A stretch of DNA of 64,000 nucleotides. Source: Candidatus Saccharimonadales bacterium (GTDB lineage Bacteria; Patescibacteriota; Saccharimonadia; Saccharimonadales; JAXHNE01). Below the pieces are notes generated by a model, which was not told the DNA's origin, made no database searches, and worked only from the letters and a program-made list of their open reading frames with translations. Each line of letters starts with the position of its first letter. Positions within the stretch are counted from its first letter, which is position 1. Made by a program: the position numbers and the translations under genes. The stretch lies in contig JBFIJL010000001.1 in NCBI GenBank assembly GCA_041600755.1, forward strand, positions 122,896 through 186,895. Reading direction: 5' to 3'. Positions 53,649 through 61,459 of this stretch are shown here, in pieces.

Positions 53649-54266
53649 CTACAGTTCGTGTTTGTAATACCAGCCAAGTAAAATTCTTGCAATCAAACAC
53701 ATACCAACAAGTACGGCCGCCACAATACTAAAGCCCGCAACATCAGGAGACCAGGCTGGTGAGGCAAAATCGAACTGATAGAGCTCCTTTGGAATAGTTG
53801 TATTATCATTTAACTGTTTAGTGTTGCTAGCTATGTATTCATCGACACAAGCAGCGCGTTCTTTAATGCGACCAGCACCGAATCGACTCTCACATATTCC
53901 AGGTGCCTCAGCTAGCACTTGCTTGTTATGTGATTCAATATCGGCATTTTGTGAACCAGTCAGTCTTTCGTATGTATACTTTAACTGGATTGGAGGCTTG
54001 ATAGATACGCCACCGGAGTTCAGGTTGGTATTCATGTGCCCATACACATGCGTTCGCAGTTCATCAAGAGCTTCTTCCACCCCTTCACCGGCTTTATCGG
54101 CAGCATAGACAGCAGAGCGAAGCTCCACCATTCGCGAATAGTTGTCACGAAGCGCAATCGCGGCAACCGAAATGGTCACAAACAAGATACCCAGTAGCAA
54201 TCTGATTGAAATACGCTGCAGCATCTTGTGATGACGATACATTGCTCTTTTCGCGTTCATGCTCAC
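53649..54266 (-). CDS. Hypothetical protein with N- and C-terminal TM helices
   Basis: 205 aa. A 4-nt overlap couples it to the upstream MFS gene. Confidence 0.55.
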   Translation of the reverse strand: MSMNAKRAMYRHHKMLQRISIRLLLGILFVTISVAAIALRDNYSRMVELRSAVYAADKAGEGVEEALDELRTHVYGHMNTNLNSGGVSIKPPIQLKYTYERLTGSQNADIESHNKQVLAEAPGICESRFGAGRIKERAACVDEYIASNTKQLNDNTTIPKELYQFDFASPAWSPDVAGFSIVAAVLVGMCLIARILLGWYYKHEL

Positions 54267-55471
54267 CTTCCTCCCAAAGCCTTAAAGCCCTGAGTATTGA
54301 TAAGTATCGAGCAAAGTCCAGCAATCGCGAACCCCGTAGTTAGCAGCTGAAAATCTGTCATAAACTGTGACAGAACCAACAACTGAATCCAAGTAATAGA
54401 TTTTACTAAACTACCAAAGGCCTCAAGACTTGAAAGGTAAACAATCCTAAGTCCTTCATGCTCATCAGAGGCATCGTAAACACCTTTGATATACGGAATA
54501 CGGTAGCCCACTGTAAGTGCCTCATTCATTATATTTATTGCCAACACGCCAGCAATGCCGCTAACGAATGGCCGCAGACCATACACGCATGCATTCGCAA
54601 ATGATGAAACACGCAACAATAATCCACCCTTTTTGCCGTCAACCAATTTACCCACAAAATAAGCAGAAGCAATTGAAATCATAAATCCGATTGACGCCAG
54701 TCCACCAATATTTCCATAAACATTTTCACTAAAAATAAACAAAACTAAAAATGCTGGCCACAAAACAAGACAAAGATTGTTTTCTATGCTGTAAAAAGAA
54801 TAAGATAAGAAGTCTCGCTTGATTGACGATATATCAAGACGACTATAGAAAAGCTTCTGATGCGTTTTCACTGGTTCGGCAGTCTTAAAAAGCGGAACCA
54901 GGCCTATTAGCAAGACCACAACGGCTACCAAAAATAATACTTGAGGTCCATAAAATGTTGCCAGCAACCCGCCGGTTACTGGTCCCAGCATGCCCCCAAC
55001 TCTCTCTAGGGCATTCAAGTATCCCAGCTCTTTGCCACCGTGATTTATGTGCTTTATTTTTGAAAAATCTACATGTAGCGCAATAAAAGTAAAGCTATTG
55101 GCCGCCCCCCATATGGCGGCAGGAATAAGTAGTGAGGCTGCTGAGGTTCCAAGAAATGAAAATGTGCCTGCTGCAATTATTTGAATGATGTAGCCAATGA
55201 GCAATGTGTGCTTAGGGCCAAAGCGAGCTACGGTATGCGCTGCAAGGAAATCCATAAGTACGCGAACAGCAAAAAAACAAATAAAAAATTGAATCACTCC
55301 CGTGAGCCCAAAACCGGACTTCAATATATACACTGGAACAAAAATGCCTATCAGCCCCAGTGCGAAACTACGGAATGACATAGCAATATAGACTTCACTC
55401 AACTCGTCAAATGTGGCCTGACGCCAAAAGTGTCTTCGAAGCATCGCCTTGTGAATGATATTTTTGAGCAT
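54263..55471 (-). CDS. Major facilitator superfamily transporter
   Basis: 402 aa with about 12 TM helices in a 6+6 arrangement. Confidence 0.75.
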   Translation of the reverse strand: MLKNIIHKAMLRRHFWRQATFDELSEVYIAMSFRSFALGLIGIFVPVYILKSGFGLTGVIQFFICFFAVRVLMDFLAAHTVARFGPKHTLLIGYIIQIIAAGTFSFLGTSAASLLIPAAIWGAANSFTFIALHVDFSKIKHINHGGKELGYLNALERVGGMLGPVTGGLLATFYGPQVLFLVAVVVLLIGLVPLFKTAEPVKTHQKLFYSRLDISSIKRDFLSYSFYSIENNLCLVLWPAFLVLFIFSENVYGNIGGLASIGFMISIASAYFVGKLVDGKKGGLLLRVSSFANACVYGLRPFVSGIAGVLAINIMNEALTVGYRIPYIKGVYDASDEHEGLRIVYLSSLEAFGSLVKSITWIQLLVLSQFMTDFQLLTTGFAIAGLCSILINTQGFKALGGR

Positions 55472-55514
55472 TTTTTATTTCTTACTTTTTACAACTTAAG
55501 TGTACCATAGAGCC

Positions 55515-56771
55515 ATGCATATTTTCTTTAGCGGCATCGGTGGGACGGGCATTGGACCATTGGCACTGATTGCGCATCAAGCAGGGTTTAGTGTTTCAGG
55601 CTCCGATAAACAAGATTCAGACTACATTTCATATTTGAAAAACCAGGGTATTTCAAATATCACAATCGGACAGTCTAAAGATTTAATTGCAAAAGTTCAT
55701 GAATCCACTCCGATTGACTGGTTTGTATACTCTTCAGCAATTATTATGGAAGGAAATGCCCCCGAACTGGAGTACTGTAACCAGAACTCAATCAAGACCA
55801 GCAAGCGAGATGAACTAATCAATCACATTTTGAGCGAAAAACACCTAAAAATGATTGCAGTCGCTGGTACTCATGGGAAAACCACCACTACAGCAATGTT
55901 GATATGGCTGCTAAAACAGTGCGGCACACCAATTAGCTATTCACTTGGCGCTAAAATATCTTTCGGAGAAATGGGTGAATATAGCGCTAAAAGCGAGTAT
56001 TTTATCTATGAAGCCGACGAATTTGACAGAAACTTTCTTCAGTTCTCTCCCTACGCAGCCGTCATTCCTGGCATCGCTTACGACCACCCTGACATATATC
56101 CTACAAAAGATGACTATAACCAAGCTTTCTTGGACTTCTTCAATAAAAGCACGCATGTATTTGCTCATCAGAAAGACTTAACTACTGTAAAAAGTGACTT
56201 ACTGCCTAGTGAAGATATATCATCACTATTCACGCTACCTGGGCAGGTCAACAGAGAGAATGCTGCGCTCGTCGTTTCTGCTGCACACGCGATCACAGGC
56301 GTTGATCGTAATACTTTGATCGAACATCTAAACACATTCCCTGGTGTATCCCGGCGATTTGAAAAGATAACCGATCATATCTACAGCGACTATGCTCATA
56401 CGCCAGAAAAAATTGCAGGCGCCCTACAATTGGCGCATGAAGTCGCTGGCAATAACGTTGTGGCAGTCTATGAAGGGCTTCATAATACTCGCCAACATTT
56501 CATAAAAGACCAACTTCCAAATATGTTTAAGGGAATCAAGAAGCTATACATTGTGCCAAGCTACCTGGCTCGTGAAGATGAATCCTTGGAGATGCTTTCA
56601 CCTGCAAAGTTATGTGAAATAACCGAATACCCTGACGTGCGGGTAGAGTCTCGGCTAGACGATACACTTAAACAACGAATACAAGCTGAAGTAACCGAAG
56701 GCAATCTTGTGCTCTGTCTCAGCGCAGGTGGCGGTGGTAGCCTTGATGAATGGCTGCGAAAGAATTTCTAA
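55515..56771 (+). CDS. Mur ligase family enzyme (MurC/Mpl-like)
   Basis: HIFFSGIGGTGIGPLA N-terminal Rossmann motif and AVAGTHGKTTTT P-loop. TACCAT lies 6 nt before ATG 55515. Confidence 0.8.
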   Translation: MHIFFSGIGGTGIGPLALIAHQAGFSVSGSDKQDSDYISYLKNQGISNITIGQSKDLIAKVHESTPIDWFVYSSAIIMEGNAPELEYCNQNSIKTSKRDELINHILSEKHLKMIAVAGTHGKTTTTAMLIWLLKQCGTPISYSLGAKISFGEMGEYSAKSEYFIYEADEFDRNFLQFSPYAAVIPGIAYDHPDIYPTKDDYNQAFLDFFNKSTHVFAHQKDLTTVKSDLLPSEDISSLFTLPGQVNRENAALVVSAAHAITGVDRNTLIEHLNTFPGVSRRFEKITDHIYSDYAHTPEKIAGALQLAHEVAGNNVVAVYEGLHNTRQHFIKDQLPNMFKGIKKLYIVPSYLAREDESLEMLSPAKLCEITEYPDVRVESRLDDTLKQRIQAEVTEGNLVLCLSAGGGGSLDEWLRKNF

Positions 56772-56781
56772 CTCCCTCTAA

Positions 56782-57128
56782 CTATCGATTGTCTCCACTT
56801 CCTTTTTGCACACCACGATCAAGGCGAGATGCAAGCTTTTGCAAGTTTATCTCAGCAACTTCCTGAAGAGTGAATCCCAGATATTCAGAAAGTACACTTA
56901 CGTACCACAAAACATCACCAAGCTCCTTAGCTATCTCTTGCTTGTCGCCTGGCGTTATTTCACCATTTCTATCTCTGATAATTTTTCGAATTTTTCGGCG
57001 ACTTCACCTGATTCACCAACAAGACCAAGCAGTTTGGCAATCAGAGCCGGGTTATGTGCATCAAGGCTCTCTGGCGTCTTCATTAGCTCTGTAGTTAATG
57101 CTCCCTTTTGATATTCGTTTAAATTCAT
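56782..57128 (-). pseudogene. MazG-like nucleotide pyrophosphohydrolase interrupted by a frameshift
   Basis: Frame A reads MNLNEYQKGAL...GESGEVAEKFEKLSEIEMVK*. The -1 frame continues RKIRKIIRDRNGEITPGDKQEIAKELGDVLWY...NLQKLASRLDRG. The switch lies at the A5 run (T5 on the plus strand, 56991-56995). Confidence 0.7.
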
Positions 57129-57709
57129 GCGGCGATCTCTCCTTGCTCATTTATTTTTACTGCGCCTTCGCGTATAACTTCTATAACGTCATCGACAACA
57201 CGAATAACTGTTGATTCAGTTTGCTGACTTAAATCACCACCATCCACGTAAAAATCTGGGCCGTCTCCGAAATAGTCCACAGCTTGCTGCACCCTTGCTG
57301 AAATTGGCTCACCAGTAAGATTTGCGCTTGAAGTCTGCAGTGGACCGGTTTGCTGTAATAGCTCAAGTAATTGCGAATTATCTGGAATTCGCACTGGAAT
57401 ACTTCCAAGCCCTTGATGAAGATGATCAAGATCGACACACGGAATAACGACGCTAACTGGGCCAGGCCAAAATTGTTCGACTACGGTGAGATATCGTTTT
57501 TTGAAGCCAAGATCAACTAGCTGCTCAATGGAGGCAGCAATAATTGTGCCCGGCTTGCCTTCCCGTCTTTTCAAATCATAAATTCTGGTAACTGCAGACT
57601 TATTGGAAGCTAACGCCACTATTCCGTAAACAGTGTCAGTGGGGATCACACCAACACTGCCATCGACTAACAATTTACTTACTTCCAATAGTGATTGATA
57701 CACCTGCAT
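57125..57709 (-). CDS. tsaC: L-threonylcarbamoyladenylate synthase (TsaC/YrdC family)
   Basis: GVIPTDTVYGIVA, SSANLTGEP and STVI motifs of the YrdC domain. Confidence 0.88.
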   Translation of the reverse strand: MQVYQSLLEVSKLLVDGSVGVIPTDTVYGIVALASNKSAVTRIYDLKRREGKPGTIIAASIEQLVDLGFKKRYLTVVEQFWPGPVSVVIPCVDLDHLHQGLGSIPVRIPDNSQLLELLQQTGPLQTSSANLTGEPISARVQQAVDYFGDGPDFYVDGGDLSQQTESTVIRVVDDVIEVIREGAVKINEQGEIAA

Positions 57710-57755
57710 AGTTTAAGTTTAGCACTCGAGGTGAATGATTGTTATACTGACAAGT

Positions 57756-58613
57756 ATGTTTGAAAGCACAACCATTTTTATACAAGAACATTGGCTCGGC
57801 GCATTTATTACATTGACTGCTATTTTCTTAACTCGTAAGTTTGCGATGATAATCGTAGCCCGACTCGTTCGTCGAGCAATTCGCCCAGATGCCTACAAGA
57901 CAGTTGCCGAAGAGCGGCAACGTGAGGATACGCTCATTTCTGTTATTGGCGCCACGATACGAGTTGGACTGTGGATTATTGGTGGACTGCTACTGCTCGG
58001 TGTATTGGGCGTGAACATTGCACCACTTCTTGCGGGTGCTGGGGTTTTGGGTGTTGCGCTCGGTTTTGGAGCTCAGTCACTTGTAAAAGATTTTCTGTCG
58101 GGTCTATTTATACTTGTAGAGAATCAATATAGAGTTGGTGACGTCATAAACATTAACGGCGTCATTTCTGGACAAGTAAAGCACGTTAGCTTGCGCGAAA
58201 CTGCACTGCGCGACCTCGATGGCGTGGTCCATCATGTGCCTAATGGATTTATTGACTACGCCTCAAACATGACAATGGAGTACGCAAATGTAAATCTCGA
58301 CATTGGGGTTGGATACAATACCGATCTGGATGAACTAGAGCTGATTATAAATCGTGTTGGCAGCGAGTTGGCGGCTGATGAAAACTGGAAAGAGAAAATA
58401 CTAGAAGCACCCCAACTACTCCGCGTCGATGCATTTGGCGAATCGGCAATTGTGGTTAAGATAACAGGCGCGACCGCACCTATGAAACAATGGGCGGTAA
58501 CCGGCGAGCTTCGCAAAAGACTCAAAAAAGCATTCGATAAAGCTGGGATTGAAATTCCTTTTCCTCAGCGCGTCGTACACCAGGCACAGTCTCTAAAGTC
58601 TAAGAAGAAGTAG
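57756..58613 (+). CDS. Small-conductance mechanosensitive channel (MscS family)
   Basis: Three TM helices followed by a beta-domain (RVGDVININGVISGQVKHVSLRETALRDLDGVVHHVPNG). TATACT lies 7 nt before ATG 57756. Confidence 0.8.
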   Translation: MFESTTIFIQEHWLGAFITLTAIFLTRKFAMIIVARLVRRAIRPDAYKTVAEERQREDTLISVIGATIRVGLWIIGGLLLLGVLGVNIAPLLAGAGVLGVALGFGAQSLVKDFLSGLFILVENQYRVGDVININGVISGQVKHVSLRETALRDLDGVVHHVPNGFIDYASNMTMEYANVNLDIGVGYNTDLDELELIINRVGSELAADENWKEKILEAPQLLRVDAFGESAIVVKITGATAPMKQWAVTGELRKRLKKAFDKAGIEIPFPQRVVHQAQSLKSKKK

Positions 58614-59202
58614 GTTGCGAATAATCTGTAATTTCTTGAGTATTCTGTAACTGTTTAATTTGATCTTTTGCCCACCAAGACCAGACTGGCAAGCTAGTCG
58701 CGGAGATGTTTCTCGGTTTGGCGAATGATGAATAATCTACTGGGTCTTCTTCAAGTTTAGCTATGTAATCACTCCACTTTAGCCAGTTTATTTCAGACAC
58801 TTCTTCAGAATTGGGATTAGGCCGGCTTGTTGCTCGAGCGACAAAAACTGGGCAAAACTCATTCTCTATAATTTCATTATATGGCGGCGTGCGGTATCGG
58901 TAATTTGGCAGTACCAGTTTCAGATCTTTTGCAGTCATGCCAAGCTCATACTTTAGCCTTCGAATTATTGCATCTTCCAAGCTTTCATTGGGCAGTGGGT
59001 GTCCGCATACGGTATTCGTCCAAAAATTTGGCCAAACTTTTTTGCCTGCAGCGCGCCTTGTTACTAGAAACTCCCCACGATCATTGAATATATAGCAGGA
59101 AAACGCTGAATGCAGCGGCGTATTAGCATGATGACTGGCTAGCTTTGGACCAGTTTTCCCAGTTGGCAGACCTGACTCATCGACAAAAACTATTGGCTCC
59201 AT
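58600..59202 (-). CDS. idi: Isopentenyl-diphosphate delta-isomerase, type 1 (Nudix fold)
   Basis: HSAFSCYIFN, WTNTVCGHP and ENEFCPVF motifs of type 1 IDI. TATACT lies 6 nt before ATG 59202. Confidence 0.85.
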   Translation of the reverse strand: MEPIVFVDESGLPTGKTGPKLASHHANTPLHSAFSCYIFNDRGEFLVTRRAAGKKVWPNFWTNTVCGHPLPNESLEDAIIRRLKYELGMTAKDLKLVLPNYRYRTPPYNEIIENEFCPVFVARATSRPNPNSEEVSEINWLKWSDYIAKLEEDPVDYSSFAKPRNISATSLPVWSWWAKDQIKQLQNTQEITDYSQPTSS

Positions 59203-59218
59203 GCACACAGTATAAAGG

Positions 59219-59467
59219 CTATCCTTCGCTTTGTCCTGGCTCGATATCGTTACTTGATCCTTGCACCAAAAACACATCAATGCTCGCTACTAAGTCGATT
59301 AAGTCACATTCGATTTCTTGGAGACCTCGAAGTGTGCGCACTACATCTCCCCGGATTTTATCTAAATCTTTACCCTGCTCAATGTACCTATTCATATCTA
59401 CCCTGAAGGCTAGCTCATCTGCTGCTTCACGCACAGAGGGTCCAATTTCATAATAATTCATTAACAT
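59219..59467 (-). CDS. Hypothetical 82-aa acidic protein
   Basis: ORF ending 17 nt upstream of idi. No recognised domain. Confidence 0.45.
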   Translation of the reverse strand: MLMNYYEIGPSVREAADELAFRVDMNRYIEQGKDLDKIRGDVVRTLRGLQEIECDLIDLVASIDVFLVQGSSNDIEPGQSEG

Positions 59468-59499
59468 ATTTAACGATACTTTGGTATCATTAACAATCT

Positions 59500-60132
59500 A
59501 TGACCAGTGTTAAATTTTCTGAAGATGCAGTTAATCTATTGTCTGCAGCAAAAATACCCAGCTACTCGAACGTGCTAGAGCTTGATCCAGTTAAGCTTGC
59601 CGAAGACAATTCATTTTTGCTCACTGACAGAGATGGCGTGCTAGGACCCTACGGACATCCTACGAATAGTCAATCGCTTGAATGGCTTGCGGAAGCTGGT
59701 GCAGCACTCGACAAGGGTGTGGCAATTTTCACCAGCAATCCGTCCATAAAAGAATCCGCACTTCCTAAGGGAGTAAGTTTTGCATCTGCTGATTTCATGC
59801 GCCCACATCACTTTAAGCCTTCTCCATTTGGTGTGAAGAGAGCATTGAGAGGGCGCGGTGCCTCACCCGATGAAACATTAGCGATAGGCGATGGGTGTAC
59901 CGACTTGCTAGCCTATCGGCTTGCAGGGATTAAGAAACTTGGCATGGTCGCTTCACTGGGTGCTCACCCACTGCAAGACAAAGTTCATAGATATTTATAT
60001 AGTCCCGTTGTGGTGCCTTTTGCTGCAAAATTACTTCGTTTAGTTCGTGACAATGTAGGCAACGACGACACTGATCGACGCGATGACGCCAGCAACTATG
60101 ATAAAGACCACATTACCAACACTATGGTTTGA
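59500..60132 (+). CDS. HAD-superfamily phosphatase-like protein
   Basis: LTDRDGVLGP (DxDG motif I) and IGDGCTDLLA (motif IV-like). The last 93 nt overlap the convergent gene. Confidence 0.6.
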   Translation: MTSVKFSEDAVNLLSAAKIPSYSNVLELDPVKLAEDNSFLLTDRDGVLGPYGHPTNSQSLEWLAEAGAALDKGVAIFTSNPSIKESALPKGVSFASADFMRPHHFKPSPFGVKRALRGRGASPDETLAIGDGCTDLLAYRLAGIKKLGMVASLGAHPLQDKVHRYLYSPVVVPFAAKLLRLVRDNVGNDDTDRRDDASNYDKDHITNTMV

Positions 60133-60471
60133 TTGGACAGGACCGGCTTTTATTGATTCTTTTGCGGTTGGCTGGGTTGGCTGTTCAGAAATTACAGATT
60201 CCGTAACTGGAGTTTCGGGTATGGTTTCTGGCTGAGGTGAGGATTCAGCAATATCTGCCTCCTCTGGAGCCAAGGCGACCGGAACTGATGAAGATTCTGT
60301 AACTGGAGTTTCGGGTATGGTTTCTGGCTGAGGTGAGGATTCAGCGTTTTGATTAGGTACCGCAGGTGGTGGGGTTGGTACTTTTGGCTGCATGCCAGGC
60401 GCAGCAGGCTCAACCGGCGGTTTAACGTCGACAATAGGCTCTGTTGCTGTTTGTTTTCCACCCTCTTGCAT
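60040..60471 (-). CDS. C-terminally membrane-anchored Pro-rich repeat protein
   Basis: Contains ESSPQPETIPETPVTES twice and a C-terminal TM helix VVFIIVAGVIASISVVVAYIV. TATAAG lies 6 nt before the ATG. Confidence 0.55.
   Translation of the reverse strand: MQEGGKQTATEPIVDVKPPVEPAAPGMQPKVPTPPPAVPNQNAESSPQPETIPETPVTESSSVPVALAPEEADIAESSPQPETIPETPVTESVISEQPTQPTAKESIKAGPVQSNHSVGNVVFIIVAGVIASISVVVAYIVTN
60203..60345. repeat. Perfect 47-nt direct repeat (two copies, 96-nt period) inside the Pro-rich gene
   Basis: GTAACTGGAGTTTCGGGTATGGTTTCTGGCTGAGGTGAGGATTCAGC occurs at 60203-60249 and 60299-60345. Confidence 0.9.
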
Positions 60472-60620
60472 CTTATGCTTATAATAACATAACTACTCAT
60501 CCAGCTCTACGATTCCGTGACTGGCTGCGGCTAACGATGAACTACGGCCAATCTAAGTCGGTTCGATACCTTTTCCTTATCTATAGATTTAAAGCATTTC
60601 ATTGTATGCTATTACTAACA

Positions 60621-61457
60621 ATGATTAATCGATTAGTTCGAACGTTTAAACGTTTTATAGTATTGGTGCCTGGTATAATTGGCACCTACTTTGTCACGCG
60701 TGACATATTTCCTGTACTAGACGAGCAAGTTCCGGTGCCGCTTGCAGTTCTTTTGGCATACATTATTGCTGCTTATGGAATTATTCCTGCTCTACTTCGT
60801 GTGGTCCGCCTAATCTTTCCGCCGAAGCACATTCCTCACTATTGCATCACTGCCGATGGATTTGCCTCTGACCCAATTAACATTGGACTCGTTGGTTCAC
60901 GCAAGCAAATTGTAGCTGCGATGCATAAAGCCGGCTGGTACGGAACAGATAAGCGTACTGTTCGCTCAGTTGGTAAAACTATCTACTCTGTTCTGTTCAG
61001 CAAGCAGTACAAGACTGCGCCATTTAGCTACCTATACTTATTTGGAAGACGACAAGACTTGGGGTTTCAACTGCCCATTGGCAACAGCCCACACGCCAGA
61101 CACCATGTTAGATTTTGGCGGGCCGAACCGACAATTTCACATCAGGAAAAAAACAGTCTCGATTTTTGGGAGAGACTTATTACCGGCAAAAAGCGCAGAG
61201 CCAAGAGTCAGTTATGGGTTGGGGCAGCATCAAAAGATACTGGCATTGGACTCATACGTCACAATGCTCAATTTACGCACAGCGTACATCCAGATACCGA
61301 TGCTGAACGTGATTTGATAATTGAAGATCTTAAAGCCGCCAAGCGCGTATCTAGCACTCGAAAAGTGCACGTAGGAGAAGCGTACAAGTTGCGCAATCGT
61401 GTATTCAGGTCACACCTCAGGAGTGATGGCAAGCTTACAATCGCAACTTTAAAATAG
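60621..61457 (+). CDS. LssY-like C-terminal domain membrane protein
   Basis: DPINIGLVG...AGW...FGRRQDLGFQ...RHHVRFW resembles the LssY_C family. Start is uncertain (ATG 60606 or 60621; the track's longest is 60444). Confidence 0.55.
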   Translation: MINRLVRTFKRFIVLVPGIIGTYFVTRDIFPVLDEQVPVPLAVLLAYIIAAYGIIPALLRVVRLIFPPKHIPHYCITADGFASDPINIGLVGSRKQIVAAMHKAGWYGTDKRTVRSVGKTIYSVLFSKQYKTAPFSYLYLFGRRQDLGFQLPIGNSPHARHHVRFWRAEPTISHQEKNSLDFWERLITGKKRRAKSQLWVGAASKDTGIGLIRHNAQFTHSVHPDTDAERDLIIEDLKAAKRVSSTRKVHVGEAYKLRNRVFRSHLRSDGKLTIATLK

Positions 61458-61459
61458 GC

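Noticed and set aside
56806-57111. Plus-strand ORFs 56806..57111 and 56870..57094.
   Set aside because: They are antisense to the two halves of a recognisable MazG-like domain encoded on the minus strand.
60192-60500. Direct repeats considered as a CRISPR-like or tandem-repeat locus, and the alternative-frame ORF 60192..60500(-).
   Set aside because: There are only two repeat copies, both inside one reading frame encoding a Pro-rich repeat. The alternative frame gives a Leu/Gln/Arg-rich product without start context.
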